Origin: a virus
Lineage: Duplodnaviria > Caudoviricetes
Length of the DNA: 64,000 bases
Reading direction: 5' to 3' (one strand)
Virus record (IMG/VR): IMGVR_UViG_2917762859_000001
The notes under the pieces are model-generated. The model was given only the letters and a program-made list of their open reading frames with translations, was not told where the DNA came from and searched no databases. Below are positions 51,130 through 61,891 of the stretch, in pieces; the stretch's first letter is position 1; each line of letters starts with the position of its first letter. A program made the translations under genes and the position numbers.

Positions 51130-51744
51130 ATGATTGGTGCTGAAATATACACAAAAAATCGCTTAACTCAATTCACAGATAGTTTGGAGACGATGTGTGT
51201 TTTAAAGAAGCTTCTTCCGTCTGAGGTAACGACAGCATCAGGCCCTTATGATGAGTTTCCCATTATTTATGCACTGAGTGGGCAGTGGTTAGTAGCGCCT
51301 ATATCTAAAGTCGAAATCCCTACACATGGTGTTGGTTTTGAGGTGTATGACGCTGACGGTAAAGTAAAATTTTCATCATTGGCTAAGCTTGTCGCATTTG
51401 AAAAATATTATGATGTAAATATGGATTCTGCGGGTAAGGGAAAATTTCGAATTAATGGTAAAGCAGGGCATCGATATGGAATGATTCAAACGCGATCTCT
51501 AAGTTATTATCACAATACAAACATACGTAGTTATATTGATCCGGTCACTTGGGATGAGGTTTGGGCATTTAACAGATATATTGAACATTATGTTGTTATT
51601 GATGATTTAGGAGGGCTAACTTTTGAGTACAAATATGAATTTCTGGGTGAAGAAGATGGCTGGATTAGTATGCCACCCAGTAGGGAGGGCTCCGGATTAA
51701 TGCAACAGGGTCTAATGATAGACGTTTCAATGCTCGAAGACTAA
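51130..51744 (+). CDS. Tail accessory protein
   Basis: GFEVYDADGKVKFSS motif. Confidence 0.65.
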   Translation: MIGAEIYTKNRLTQFTDSLETMCVLKKLLPSEVTTASGPYDEFPIIYALSGQWLVAPISKVEIPTHGVGFEVYDADGKVKFSSLAKLVAFEKYYDVNMDSAGKGKFRINGKAGHRYGMIQTRSLSYYHNTNIRSYIDPVTWDEVWAFNRYIEHYVVIDDLGGLTFEYKYEFLGEEDGWISMPPSREGSGLMQQGLMIDVSMLED

Positions 51745-51794
51745 ATACCGCATACTGCGGTTTTTTTATATCTAAATTTCAGGAATAAATAAAA

Positions 51795-53291
51795 ATGATA
51801 TACACAACAGGCACTGTTAACACAGTGTCAGGGTCTGCTATTGTCAAAGGCACTGGCACTAAATTTAAAAATAATAATCCCACCATTAATATCGGAATGA
51901 CTATTTTAATTAAATCGGGAAACACGAATATTCCGTATATGATTAAATCCGTTAATTCTGACACTGAATTAGTATTAGCGCAACCTGCATTAGCCACAGC
52001 AACTAACACCACATTCTCAATTCATATTACTGAGCCAGATAATAATAGTGATGCAGCAAGAACGATGGTTGCAATAAATGCATACACGCAATATTTTCTC
52101 GACTCAATGAATACATGGATGACTCAGACCGGGCAAACAAAAATTGAGATGCCGAACGGTGAAGTTGTTACGCTCGATAGCATCAAAAAGATGCAGGGGG
52201 ATATTAGTAAAAAAGCGGATGACGAAAAAACTATTCATATTGGTGATTTTGGATTGGGTCGCTCAAATATCACTGGAGATAAGCATACCCCTAATGCAAA
52301 TAATATAAAATTCACAGGTGTAGCTACACCACCGGGTAGTAATGGAACTAACTATTGGAATAATTATTATCCATTGTTCAGTATGATTCGTGGCGGGGGG
52401 AATATAGGTAATAACGTCCAACTACAGATTACCCCTGAAGGAGTTGCATATAGACGAACATCAACTAATGAGTGGGCCAGTTGGATAAAGTTATTGAGTA
52501 CTGGGGATTATGGCTTAGGGCAGACAACACTAAATACAACCGGCCGTTTGTCTGATTTGCTATCTACTCCTACGGGGTTCTGGTCATATATAAATCCGTC
52601 AAATATGCCAAACGGCGTTGTCACTTATGGAAGTTGTATTTCAACTAAATACGCATCTGATAATTTTCAAAACATTCTTTTACCTAATTACGGCTCTGAT
52701 TATATAGCTATTCAGAGAATTACAAATGGAGAGGTCTCAACTGTTCAGTTGTTATCATCGAATAAATTTACTGTTGATTCAAATGGGTTTTATAAACGCG
52801 CCTCTCCAATCATCGACATTAACCCCGACGGCACATTTACAACTAACGACGAATCCGAAGGCGCTACGGTTACTCGAGTAGCTCAGGGTGAATATCTCAT
52901 CGAAGGCGTTTTAGGCTTTAACTCAGATGCAGGCTGGGGCGGTGTTGATGGTGGTATTGAAATTCCACTCGATGTAAATAAACAGTCTCTTATTTGGGTT
53001 AACTCTAAAATTAACAAAGACGGCTCTATTCTCGTTAAAACGTATCACCGTACTCACCCTAACGCGCCAGAGTTCGCCCGTAATGATATTGACGGTTACA
53101 GCGACGGCGACCCAATTGATATCCCTGATGGTCGTTTTATCTCTGTTCGTGTACAGATGCCAGAGCAATCAATCTATAACGTGAGAATGCGTGAGATGGA
53201 AGAAGCGCAGAAAGCGGAAGAAGAACGCAGACAAAAAGAAGAGGAGATGAAAGCACAATTCGGGTTAGGTGAAAATGATGCACTACTATAG
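51795..53291 (+). CDS. Side tail fiber
   Basis: YTTGTV..GTGTKF N-terminus; GDFGLG/GDYGLG repeats; VDSNGFYKRASP C-terminal domain. Confidence 0.85.
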   Translation: MIYTTGTVNTVSGSAIVKGTGTKFKNNNPTINIGMTILIKSGNTNIPYMIKSVNSDTELVLAQPALATATNTTFSIHITEPDNNSDAARTMVAINAYTQYFLDSMNTWMTQTGQTKIEMPNGEVVTLDSIKKMQGDISKKADDEKTIHIGDFGLGRSNITGDKHTPNANNIKFTGVATPPGSNGTNYWNNYYPLFSMIRGGGNIGNNVQLQITPEGVAYRRTSTNEWASWIKLLSTGDYGLGQTTLNTTGRLSDLLSTPTGFWSYINPSNMPNGVVTYGSCISTKYASDNFQNILLPNYGSDYIAIQRITNGEVSTVQLLSSNKFTVDSNGFYKRASPIIDINPDGTFTTNDESEGATVTRVAQGEYLIEGVLGFNSDAGWGGVDGGIEIPLDVNKQSLIWVNSKINKDGSILVKTYHRTHPNAPEFARNDIDGYSDGDPIDIPDGRFISVRVQMPEQSIYNVRMREMEEAQKAEEERRQKEEEMKAQFGLGENDALL

Positions 53292-53437
53292 TGGGGCATT
53301 ATAATGTAATGAATTTCATATTTTCACTATTGCATTATTGTTCATTTTTTTTATACTTTAATAGTAAGATTATTCATGTAAATATCATTAATAAATTGCC
53401 TTACCTTTCCCACTCCAAGAGTGGGATTTTTTTATTA

Positions 53438-53656
53438 TCAATAAATTCTATCAAAGTCTTCATAATTACTATCAAAAAAACAATCGATACGTTCCGATTT
53501 GTTTAGAATTCTTTGACATTTTTTCAATACATTTGCATTCCTATCATGTATATTTTGGTATTGAATTTTTTCTTGGGGGGATAATTCTGAATAAATAACT
53601 CGTTCTTGACATCCAATTAAAAATAATGATGTTAGTAATAATAAATAATACTTCAT
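53438..53656 (-). CDS. Small lipoprotein moron
   Basis: Lipobox LIGC; AT-rich. Confidence 0.6.
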   Translation of the reverse strand: MKYYLLLLTSLFLIGCQERVIYSELSPQEKIQYQNIHDRNANVLKKCQRILNKSERIDCFFDSNYEDFDRIY

Positions 53657-53831
53657 ATGCTTTTTGTTTTATAACTGTAAAGAAATATACTATTCTATTT
53701 AATTCTTATTTTTCAAGTGTTAATTATTAGATTTTTTGTTTTTTCTTAGTAGATGACTAAAAGCAAACAGGCTAGTTTATTTAATTACCCGTTTGCTTAA
53801 AATAACATTTTATACGTTAAATTTATTATAT

Positions 53832-55388
53832 TTAGTTTAATTTAAATTTTTCTACAGCATATTGCAATTGTTCTGATTGCGTTTTTAACTCTAGTGCCTC
53901 AGTTGTTGATTTTTGTACAAGCGTTGCATTTTGATGAGTAACTTGGTCTATTTGGGTGATGGCTACACTTATTTGCTCAATACCTTGGCTTTGCTCATCA
54001 GAAGCAGAGGAGATTTCATTTATAAGATGACATACATTAGTGATAGCACTTATAATTTCATCAATTGTCTCTCCGGCTTCATTAATTAAATTAGAACCAG
54101 TGTTTACTTTATTTTCTGAGTTTTCTACCAGAACCTTAATTTCTTTTGATGCTTGGGCACTGCGACTAGCTAAATTACGTACTTCATCTGCCACAACAGC
54201 AAAACCGCGTCCTTGTTCTCCTGCTCTAGCTGCTTCAACCGCTGCATTAAGTGCCAGAATATTGGTTTGAAATGCAATGCTATTTATTACATTTGTTATT
54301 TGTGAGATTTGTTGTGAACTATGAGTTATTTCCGTCATTGTATTAATGATTTTATTCATTATATGACCCCCTTTTGTCGCGATATCGGTAGTGCTTTCAG
54401 CCAATCTCGTGGCTTCTTTTGCATTTTGGGAGTTTTGTTTTACTGTTGTCGTTAACTCTTCCATGCTTGCTGCTGTTTCTTCTAATGAGGCAGCCTGTTG
54501 TTCGGTACGAGATGCCAGATCGGTGCTTCCTTTAGTTATTTCATCTATACTGAAATGAACCGCGCTAGTATTAGCATGTACTGCATTTACAGTGTTTACT
54601 AATGATGCTTGCATTTCGTGTAAGCTAGTAGCTAGTTGTCCCATCTCATTACGGCCCGAAATGGTTATATTATTAGTAAGATCTCCATTCGCTATATTAT
54701 GAATATGATACATAATAGATTTTAAAGGCTTTAATAAGAGGTGTTGTAAGCCAAACCAAACAATTATTAGGACTGTAATAATAACGATAGTAATTACACC
54801 AAGAATCCATTGCATTTGAATGAAGCTTTTATGATTTTCATCTTCAGCAATTTCTTGTAAAAGATTATTTTCATCTCTCCAGTTATTAAATGCCACCTCC
54901 ATTTCATTTTGTATTTGTTGTGCTTCTAAATTACTATATGATTGGTAGTCATTTGAGCTTAGATATTCAATAGATAAATTCATCGTCTCATACATATTTT
55001 TCCACGTTTTTTTGATGTTATCGATCAATTCTGTTTGTTTTTTATTAATATCAGAAGATTGTAACCAAGATATATAATGAGATTCAGCTTCATTTAATGT
55101 GGTACGAGCAACGCCTAACATATCATTGATATCTATTATATGATTTGAGTCTTGTTGACTTTTGAGATACCTAATAGCAACTCTTGCTATAGTTAAACGT
55201 GTTTTTATTAGGGCATTAACACTGTCACTTAATTTTTGTTGTTGTTTATTTAAGTTTTCAAAATTTTGAAAGTTATGGAGATCTTTATTTATAATGGAAT
55301 AAGAAAAACCAGCTGTGATTAGTTGTAATGCACAGAATATAGTTAAGGCAAAAATAATACTCTTAGTAATATTTAAATTATTTAACAT
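53832..55388 (-). CDS. Methyl-accepting chemotaxis protein, Tcp (citrate receptor)-like
   Basis: Two TMs, [31 protein letters not shown]; periplasmic [14 protein letters not shown] resembles Salmonella Tcp as recalled. Confidence 0.9.
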   Translation of the reverse strand: MLNNLNITKSIIFALTIFCALQLITAGFSYSIINKDLHNFQNFENLNKQQQKLSDSVNALIKTRLTIARVAIRYLKSQQDSNHIIDINDMLGVARTTLNEAESHYISWLQSSDINKKQTELIDNIKKTWKNMYETMNLSIEYLSSNDYQSYSNLEAQQIQNEMEVAFNNWRDENNLLQEIAEDENHKSFIQMQWILGVITIVIITVLIIVWFGLQHLLLKPLKSIMYHIHNIANGDLTNNITISGRNEMGQLATSLHEMQASLVNTVNAVHANTSAVHFSIDEITKGSTDLASRTEQQAASLEETAASMEELTTTVKQNSQNAKEATRLAESTTDIATKGGHIMNKIINTMTEITHSSQQISQITNVINSIAFQTNILALNAAVEAARAGEQGRGFAVVADEVRNLASRSAQASKEIKVLVENSENKVNTGSNLINEAGETIDEIISAITNVCHLINEISSASDEQSQGIEQISVAITQIDQVTHQNATLVQKSTTEALELKTQSEQLQYAVEKFKLN

Positions 55389-55425
55389 TTTGATTACCCT
55401 GTTATAATTTCATGATGATACAATT

Positions 55426-55452
55426 ATAACGGCTTATCTCAAATAACCTTTA
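55426..55452 (-). promoter_or_regulatory. Sigma-28 (FliA) promoter
   Basis: TAAA-N15-GCCGTTAT, ending 37 bp before the MCP start codon. Confidence 0.75.
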
Positions 55453-55769
55453 ATTTTAATACTCAATAAAATTATAACATTTTGATTTTTATAATGAAAT
55501 AAAATCAATAAGTTTTTTAACACTTTTGAATTATTGTTTCTTATTTTTCTATTTAAATCGAGTAGTTACCTATATGCGTATAAAATATTTTATTAACTCA
55601 TCATCTAAGATGAAAAATTCTTTATAATTAGTAACGTCTATTATATATGCTCATTATCTAGATATAAAAATTAAGAATATCGTTATCTAATTTTTAACTA
55701 ATTAGTAGAATTGTTTTTAAATCTAATTAATACTTTTCTATTACTCAAGTTTTGTATATGGATAATATA

Positions 55770-56996
55770 TTACTCTTTTTTTAGAGATAATAGCTTTTCA
55801 CACCATGTATCAAGTGTTTCCCGTTTTTCTCTTAAATAATCATATCGGTCATAGTGCTTTTGAGAAACGCCTGGTCTTTTGTGGTTTTGTACCATATCCC
55901 TTAACTCAGAACTTATTCCCATTTCTCCAGCTAATGTTTTGAATGTTCTTCTCACATCTCTAGGCGTAAATTTCTCAAATTCATTTTTCTTACAAAATTT
56001 ATTTAATTGTTTAGCGTATTCAGATGTTAACAGGTGCCCTTCTTTAGTTTCAGCAGGGAAAATATAATTAGATGTTGGATATAATAGTTCTTGGATATTC
56101 AGAATATTAATGGCAGGCTGAACCAAAGGGATCACATGATAATCGCCTGTTTTTGAAATGTGAGGAGGAACTGTTAATGTGTTGTTCTTTTTATCCCAAT
56201 TGTCGCGAGTATTAGCCAGAATTTCCCATGGCCTTTGTCCTGCGGAATAAACGCAAAATAGAAATAGACGCGCATAATCTGAGTTAATAGGGCATTCTAT
56301 GGTGGGCTTATTGAATAGTTCTAATAATAGCTTCAACTCATCCCATGATAAAAACCTATCTAACGCTTTATCTGCACCTTTTTGTCTAGGAACCACAGTG
56401 ACAGGATTTCGCTCCAACCCATAAATAACGCGCTCGTTTATTTTTGCTGGATCATTATCGGCAAATAAACCGAAATTGAATACCGCATGTAGGTTTGCTC
56501 TTACCTTGTTTGAGCCAGCTAAAGCACCTCGGGAGATAAACTCAGAAAGTATTCTTTTTATATGATCTGGAGTCACATCTTTTGCAGGCATAGACGCATC
56601 AATGTGTTTACTATCTAGAACCTGATTTAGTCTGTTTTGAGTTTTATCATATGAGCGCTTGCCTTGTCGTTTCTGATCTTCAATGTAATCATCAAAGAGC
56701 TGTTTTACTGTGGCGTGTTCGTATTTAATCTTCTCAGGGGATGATGATTCTGTAGCTGCAGCTAATGATTTTACTGCTGCATCAGCGAGTGATAAATTGG
56801 GGTAATCACCAAGCGATATAAATTTCTCTTTCCCATCTTTGAAGTAGCGGTAGACGAAAACTTTTCTTCCAGATGGATATGTTTTTACACCAAGGCGTCC
56901 AGTGCCTCTAGTCGCTGATGCTTGCCAAGTATAATACGCAGATTTCTTTGGTTTCAGTCCTCGTATTTTACTATCAGTCAGTAATACGCTAGCCAT
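55770..56996 (-). CDS. int: Tyrosine integrase of prophage 2
   Basis: Arm-binding N-terminus (LTDSKIR..LGDYP); R, RDVRRT, NH and Y catalytic motifs. Confidence 0.92.
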   Translation of the reverse strand: MASVLLTDSKIRGLKPKKSAYYTWQASATRGTGRLGVKTYPSGRKVFVYRYFKDGKEKFISLGDYPNLSLADAAVKSLAAATESSSPEKIKYEHATVKQLFDDYIEDQKRQGKRSYDKTQNRLNQVLDSKHIDASMPAKDVTPDHIKRILSEFISRGALAGSNKVRANLHAVFNFGLFADNDPAKINERVIYGLERNPVTVVPRQKGADKALDRFLSWDELKLLLELFNKPTIECPINSDYARLFLFCVYSAGQRPWEILANTRDNWDKKNNTLTVPPHISKTGDYHVIPLVQPAINILNIQELLYPTSNYIFPAETKEGHLLTSEYAKQLNKFCKKNEFEKFTPRDVRRTFKTLAGEMGISSELRDMVQNHKRPGVSQKHYDRYDYLREKRETLDTWCEKLLSLKKE

Positions 56997-57021
56997 AACT
57001 AATTTCCATTTACGGGTTGTT

Positions 57022-57150
57022 TGCGGGTCAAGTAACGGGTCAAGTAACGAAGAAATGATATGAAACTAGCTGAAATCATGCAAGGTATATAAATCCTTAT
57101 AAATCAAAAAGATGAAATCTTATGAAATTATATGAAACTCAATGAAATCA
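57022..57150 (+). repeat. Right arm: arm-type repeats and 10-bp-phased TGAAA repeats (putative Xis sites)
   Basis: CGGGTCAAGTAA x2; ATGAAAT/C x4 at 10-bp spacing (57112-57150). Confidence 0.65.
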
Positions 57151-57162
57151 GTATGTAACGCC

Positions 57163-57219
57163 CTTCTAAGCCGTAGGTCACAGGTTCGAATCCTGTAGGG
57201 CGTACCATTTAAAATCAAT
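57163..57219 (+). repeat. att core (attR of prophage 2), tRNA-Arg 3' half
   Basis: Identical to 16403-16459. Confidence 0.95.
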
Positions 57220-57228
57220 TAGTTACCA

Positions 57229-57600
57229 TCATTTAAAATTCTCTACTTTTCTTAAGTGGGACGCATTTGGGACACAAGTTCCGAAAATGGTGTCTATTTG
57301 CTTTGCATGTTCAGTTAAATGATTTGGTGCTAGATGAGCATACCTCCTAACCATTTCTATACTTTTCCAACCACCCATTTCTTGCAATACTGAAAGTGGC
57401 ACCCCTGACTGAATTAACCAACTCGCCCATGTATGGCGAAGATCATGAAAGCGGAAGTTTTCTATTCCTGCTCTTTTTAGTGCTGCTCTCCATGCTGTGT
57501 TAGAATCAATTCGCATTTTTCTAACACTTGGTGTTAATGTTCCGTCTGGTCTCTTCTTTGACTCCGTGTGAACAAATACCCATTTATGATGGTTTCCTAT
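57229..57600 (-). pseudogene. C-terminal integrase fragment of a third, decayed prophage
   Basis: [22 protein letters not shown]; N-terminus missing. Confidence 0.85.
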
Positions 57601-57625
57601 CTGGTGTTGGTGCAGTGGGTTACTG

Positions 57626-57871
57626 CTAAAGAGAGGATCCTAACTTAGCGACAACTTCGTCGTAATTAACTTCAAATTCTTCGCAGGTTTCTTGTAAGGC
57701 ACTAAATACAATAGCTTGGTTTACAGCTTGAGCCTCATCTTGAGTTAGTAAATCATCACGGTAGTCATAAAAGGCTACTGCTGATAATCTTTCGCCCAAT
57801 ATTTCCGTTCCTACATTTATAGACGGCTCCTTACCATCTTCATATTCAACTACAAATGTCATTTTTCCCAT
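57626..57871 (-). CDS. Phage hypothetical protein
   Basis: GGGAG RBS; 81 aa. Confidence 0.6.
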   Translation of the reverse strand: MGKMTFVVEYEDGKEPSINVGTEILGERLSAVAFYDYRDDLLTQDEAQAVNQAIVFSALQETCEEFEVNYDEVVAKLGSSL

Positions 57872-57938
57872 GTCATGCTCCCTTCGTTATTAATAAAAAT
57901 ACTGATATAATTCATTTGGTTAAAAATTAAATAGATTT

Positions 57939-58355
57939 ATGATTATGAAATTACTTATCGTTGCTGCACTCTTATTCTCTACGCCTGTTATGGCTGCAAA
58001 TCAGTGCAATCCTGATGATGTTTGTTTGAAATTTGAATCTAGTAATGCGTCAAAAGAAATTAGATGCAAATCTATTAGCACGGCTTCAATAGTCGATAAT
58101 GATGATCATGGGCGAGTGTTATCTGTATCGGTGTATAGGCGGCAGGCATTTCATGATTACAATCAAGAATACAATCATAGGGAATCAAAAATTTATATTA
58201 TGAATGAAGAGTTTAAGCTTCAATTCGAAACAGATAAAAATGTAATAATGGATTTAATGCTAATACTTGATAATCAGCGTAAAAGTAAAGCGGCAGAGGA
58301 GTTGATTTCATGTCATGATTATTTGCGTTCAAACAAACTATTATCTCGCAGTTAG
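57939..58355 (+). CDS. Secreted hypothetical protein
   Basis: Signal peptide; N-terminus similar to 62531-62905. Confidence 0.65.
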   Translation: MIMKLLIVAALLFSTPVMAANQCNPDDVCLKFESSNASKEIRCKSISTASIVDNDDHGRVLSVSVYRRQAFHDYNQEYNHRESKIYIMNEEFKLQFETDKNVIMDLMLILDNQRKSKAAEELISCHDYLRSNKLLSRS

Positions 58356-58463
58356 TATTTTGTATCTCATACTATTTATCAATTCACAACCAGTTATGCC
58401 CTGACAGACAAAAGAAAGGGGCCGTATAATTGATCTCTTAATAGAATATGTTATTGAGTAATA

Positions 58464-59132
58464 TTAATAATGTTCAATTCTAACTGTCCCGTCAGGAACG
58501 CCATATAGACTTAATGACCAGCATGCCTCTCCCACGGCGGAGACATATGGTTTGGCATCAGGAGGGATCCCTTCAAGCGAATTAACCCACTCATTAACAG
58601 ATTCCTTACTTTTTTCATCCCTCTGAGCTTTGCCCATCTGCCTGCACACCATTCTGGATAACGCATCAGCGCCATCCTGATCATGCAGATACCTGCTCTG
58701 TAATACGCTATACCCTCGATTTAATTGCCGTGTTGCAAATGATATTCCTTCGAGTCTAGCTATGCACTCAGGGTCATTTGAGCATAGTTCCGCGTGTGCT
58801 TCTTGTTGTTCCTTGTCTGCCAATTGTTTGGCTTTAATTCTATCTATTTCACTATTGTAATTAGCCAGCCATATATCGAAATAGCATTTAGAATCCCATC
58901 GGCATGACATGGTTGCTGGCTTTGCTAATTTATTGCCTGTTATATCGAAATACTCTTGCTGGAGAGCAAGGACACTAGACATGCTACCATCCGGCAATCT
59001 AAATCTTTCCTCGCTCATTTTTGCGTACTGTTCACCTTCGTTTTTGGGTGGAACAATGACATACCCGACAAAGAAGAAAACAGAAACCAACAAAAGCGGT
59101 TTCAGTATAGATACTGTAGCTTTTTTGTTCAT
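58464..59132 (-). CDS. Membrane-anchored Cys-containing hypothetical protein
   Basis: N-terminal TM; 222 aa. Confidence 0.65.
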   Translation of the reverse strand: MNKKATVSILKPLLLVSVFFFVGYVIVPPKNEGEQYAKMSEERFRLPDGSMSSVLALQQEYFDITGNKLAKPATMSCRWDSKCYFDIWLANYNSEIDRIKAKQLADKEQQEAHAELCSNDPECIARLEGISFATRQLNRGYSVLQSRYLHDQDGADALSRMVCRQMGKAQRDEKSKESVNEWVNSLEGIPPDAKPYVSAVGEACWSLSLYGVPDGTVRIEHY

Positions 59133-59279
59133 TTATCTGCCTAGTAGTTTAGCTATTGCCAGTGAATAAATCTTACTATGACATCAACGCAAATCCAAAC
59201 AAGCGCCGGGGAAATTCGATTTAATCCCTCGCCTGTTTTGTTTTAACGCCTGAAAATACTGCTACATTAGGTAAGCAAT

Positions 59280-59630
59280 AGTTAGGTGCTAATAAAGAAT
59301 TAATTACTGAGGGGCTTACACAAGTCATTCAGTTGGGACGCTAAAATCATTCAGATGGTTGTTAATTTGATTAAAACAGTTAGTAAACTAGTTGAAAGTA
59401 CGGTGGGCTGGAAAGGTGCCATTCTTGGTATCATCACCATTCTGGCTATACTCAAAAAATCAATGATCAGGGCGTTTATTGCTAACCCGATAACATGGGT
59501 GATTGCTGGCATTGTGGGCTTAATGCTCTTGTTTGATGATCTAATGGTTTACCTTGAGGGGGCTATTCACTCTTTGGTGACTTTTGGGAGCCCGCTAAGC
59601 AGGACATTAGAACAAGTGATGCTGTGAAAG
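59280..59630 (+). pseudogene. Tape-measure-like fragment
   Basis: ANPITWVIAGIVGLMLLFDDLMVYLEG motif; truncated. Confidence 0.55.
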
Positions 59631-59997
59631 CAGTCACCTTATCTGCCAGCGGAACTGATACGGCCATAAAACGAACATATCAAAATATCCAAAGTGCTAT
59701 AAATTCCAATTAAAAAAGTAGGGCTGAAGTAGAAAAATAACAAGATAACACCGCCAAAGCTAAAGCCTAGGCGGTAAACTTTGATGATTTAGATACTAGT
59801 ACGAGCGAGGGGAAAATATGCAGAAAACAACCAAGACGAAAACCAATCGTTATTTTAATGGAGTGCCGACAACGCGCCTAATCGTGACATGTGAACAATC
59901 CCTCATTAATAAGCTGTAGCATGAAATTTAATGATTTATGTAAGGGCACATATACAATATACAAATATAAAATTTAACTAAGTGGCAGGGTGGTAAG

Positions 59998-60354
59998 ATG
60001 AAAACAATCATAATGGTTAGTGTTTTTGTATTAAATTTGTTTTCTGTTAACGCAGAGGCAAAGTCGAATTATACGTTCGAAGAATTAGAACAAATGATCC
60101 ATGATGGTAATAAAATTCCTGATAGTAAAACGCCTGTTTTATCAAAGTTTTATAGTTTTGATAGTCCTTTTAAAGAATGTAGGAAGGGGGCTGATGTAGT
60201 AATAGAAAACGCCAAAGGTATGTTTCCCGTAGTGATAGATATCGATAACGAAAAAGAAAAGCATTTTAAATTTAGAGCTGCGCAATTACGTGATGTTTTT
60301 ACATTAGAATGCGTTAACGATGAACAGCGTGTTTATAATGCAGAATATAAATAA
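59998..60354 (+). CDS. Secreted hypothetical protein
   Basis: Signal peptide ending AEA. Confidence 0.65.
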   Translation: MKTIIMVSVFVLNLFSVNAEAKSNYTFEELEQMIHDGNKIPDSKTPVLSKFYSFDSPFKECRKGADVVIENAKGMFPVVIDIDNEKEKHFKFRAAQLRDVFTLECVNDEQRVYNAEYK

Positions 60355-60681
60355 AATTTCGGGAGACGTTAGGAGTGATGATTTATACATATCATAGAAG
60401 ATAGTTTTCGGACACGTTAGAAAGACTGTAAATATAGGGAGATAGAGACAAAAATAATTATTAAATCCTAACAAGTCTTTACGTTTTTCTAATGCCAAAA
60501 TCTTAAGGTTTCCCAAGGTTTATTAGTGTTGAATCTTAGGATATCTTAGGTATAAGATTTGATAGGGTAACAGCATAAGATAATGAGAGTTTACAATTGA
60601 AGGGATGAAAAATAGTTATACGAATATCTTTCCCCCTCTTTATAATTAGTACCGCATTGGCGTATTAGGCATTTATTGGTT

Positions 60682-61269
60682 TTAAAAACAACTCTCGTTT
60701 ACATGTTTAATAGCCTCACATCCACCTTGGTTTCCATTATCACAGGCTTTACAAAACCAATCTTTAGCCTGCTTATAATCTCTAGGAACACCTTCTCCAT
60801 TGAGATACATAAAAGCTAAACGAAGTTGCGCAAAGGAGTCTCCTTGATTAGCCGCTTTTTCAAACCATGCTCTAGCCTTATTATAATCTTGCGGCACTTC
60901 CTTTCCCTCTAAATACATTAGTCCTAGCATGAATTGAGCTATATTACTTCCCTGATCAGCCGCTTTTTCATACCACTCAGTAGACTTTTTGTTGTCCTGC
61001 TCCACTCCTTCTCCAAAGGAGTACATTAACCCAAGCATGAGTGATGCTTCTGCAACTCCCTGTTCAGATGATTTTTCAAACCATTTTTTAGCTTCCCCAT
61101 AGTCCTTCTGTATACCATCACCAGTCTTATACAACAGCCCCATCTTGAATTGTGCTTTAGCATCTCCTTGAGAAGCGTTATCACATAGCTCCGTATCAGC
61201 TATTTCACAAACCGCTGCTACCACTGACACTGAGAAAAATAGACAAAAACAGAATAATATTTTTTTCAT
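60682..61269 (-). CDS. Sel1-repeat secreted protein
   Basis: Four AQF.LG.MY..G.GV.QD...A..W..KAA.QG repeats; signal peptide. Confidence 0.9.
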   Translation of the reverse strand: MKKILFCFCLFFSVSVVAAVCEIADTELCDNASQGDAKAQFKMGLLYKTGDGIQKDYGEAKKWFEKSSEQGVAEASLMLGLMYSFGEGVEQDNKKSTEWYEKAADQGSNIAQFMLGLMYLEGKEVPQDYNKARAWFEKAANQGDSFAQLRLAFMYLNGEGVPRDYKQAKDWFCKACDNGNQGGCEAIKHVNESCF

Positions 61270-61549
61270 ATAACACCTTGTTAAAATTGATTCTTCTAAT
61301 CTCTTTTATGTTAAATGGGTGAGTTAGTTAGCAAAACCGCCCGTTGATACCTTATTTAATTTTAGTTTCCTGGCAATATCCCTATGACGCTTCCATGCAG
61401 AATAAATATCTTTATCCCATGCTTTACCTGCCTTAGTTTGATAAGCTGAAAAAGATAAGACAAGCATGTAACCAAGTATTCCGCTATGCAATCGTAACAG
61501 GGCGAGCTGAGTATAAACCTGCATCTGAATTAGCTGGCGCATTGTCTAC

Positions 61550-61645
61550 ACCGAAAGCCAAACATTTCCCTCATTTGAATGTTAATGAGTTACCTGAGTT
61601 TTTACAGGCGCTATCTATATGCAGTGGAAGTAAGATCACTCAGAT
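61550..61645 (+). pseudogene. P4-type integrase fragment
   Basis: KHFPHLNVNELPEFLQAL..SGSKIT motif. Confidence 0.5.
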
Positions 61646-61679
61646 TCCTTGTAGTGCTGTTAGCAGTACACCAGATTGA

Positions 61680-61790
61680 ATTAATCAACTTGCCCAAGTA
61701 TGTCTTAAGTCGTGAAAACGAAAGCTCTCGATGCTAACTTCTTTTCCACGTTGTGTTTGAATCAACTCGTATATTTCTAATTTGTGGTGT
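61680..61790 (-). pseudogene. Degenerate integrase fragment similar to 57229-57600
   Basis: [15 protein letters not shown] and RVDSNT. Confidence 0.7.
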
Positions 61791-61891
61791 CATTTTCGTT
61801 TGTTGTGCTGTACAACTAATTATTAACTCAGATATTAATAATTTAATAAAATAGAACTACATTAATATTATAAAAACCTTACAGGAAAATC

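Larger units (their letters stand above)
16403..57219. mobile_element. Prophage 2, ~40.8 kb lambdoid/HK97-like, apparently complete
   Basis: Flanked by att repeats; xis, cI/cro, replication, Q, lysis, head, tail and integrase all present. Confidence 0.95.

Noticed and set aside
183-53168. Many 60-100 aa antisense or nested ORFs in structural genes
   Set aside because: Shadow frames of well-supported genes; only rz1 has independent support
51795-53291. DGR or invertible tail-fiber system
   Set aside because: No reverse transcriptase, template repeat, invertase or flanking inverted repeats seen
53291-53506. 71-aa ORF after the tail fiber
   Set aside because: AT-rich, no RBS, overlaps the convergent lipoprotein gene
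57050-57150. CRISPR-like or VNTR repeat
   Set aside because: Short phased motifs without spacers, adjacent to att; better explained as recombination-protein sites. No cas genes in the window
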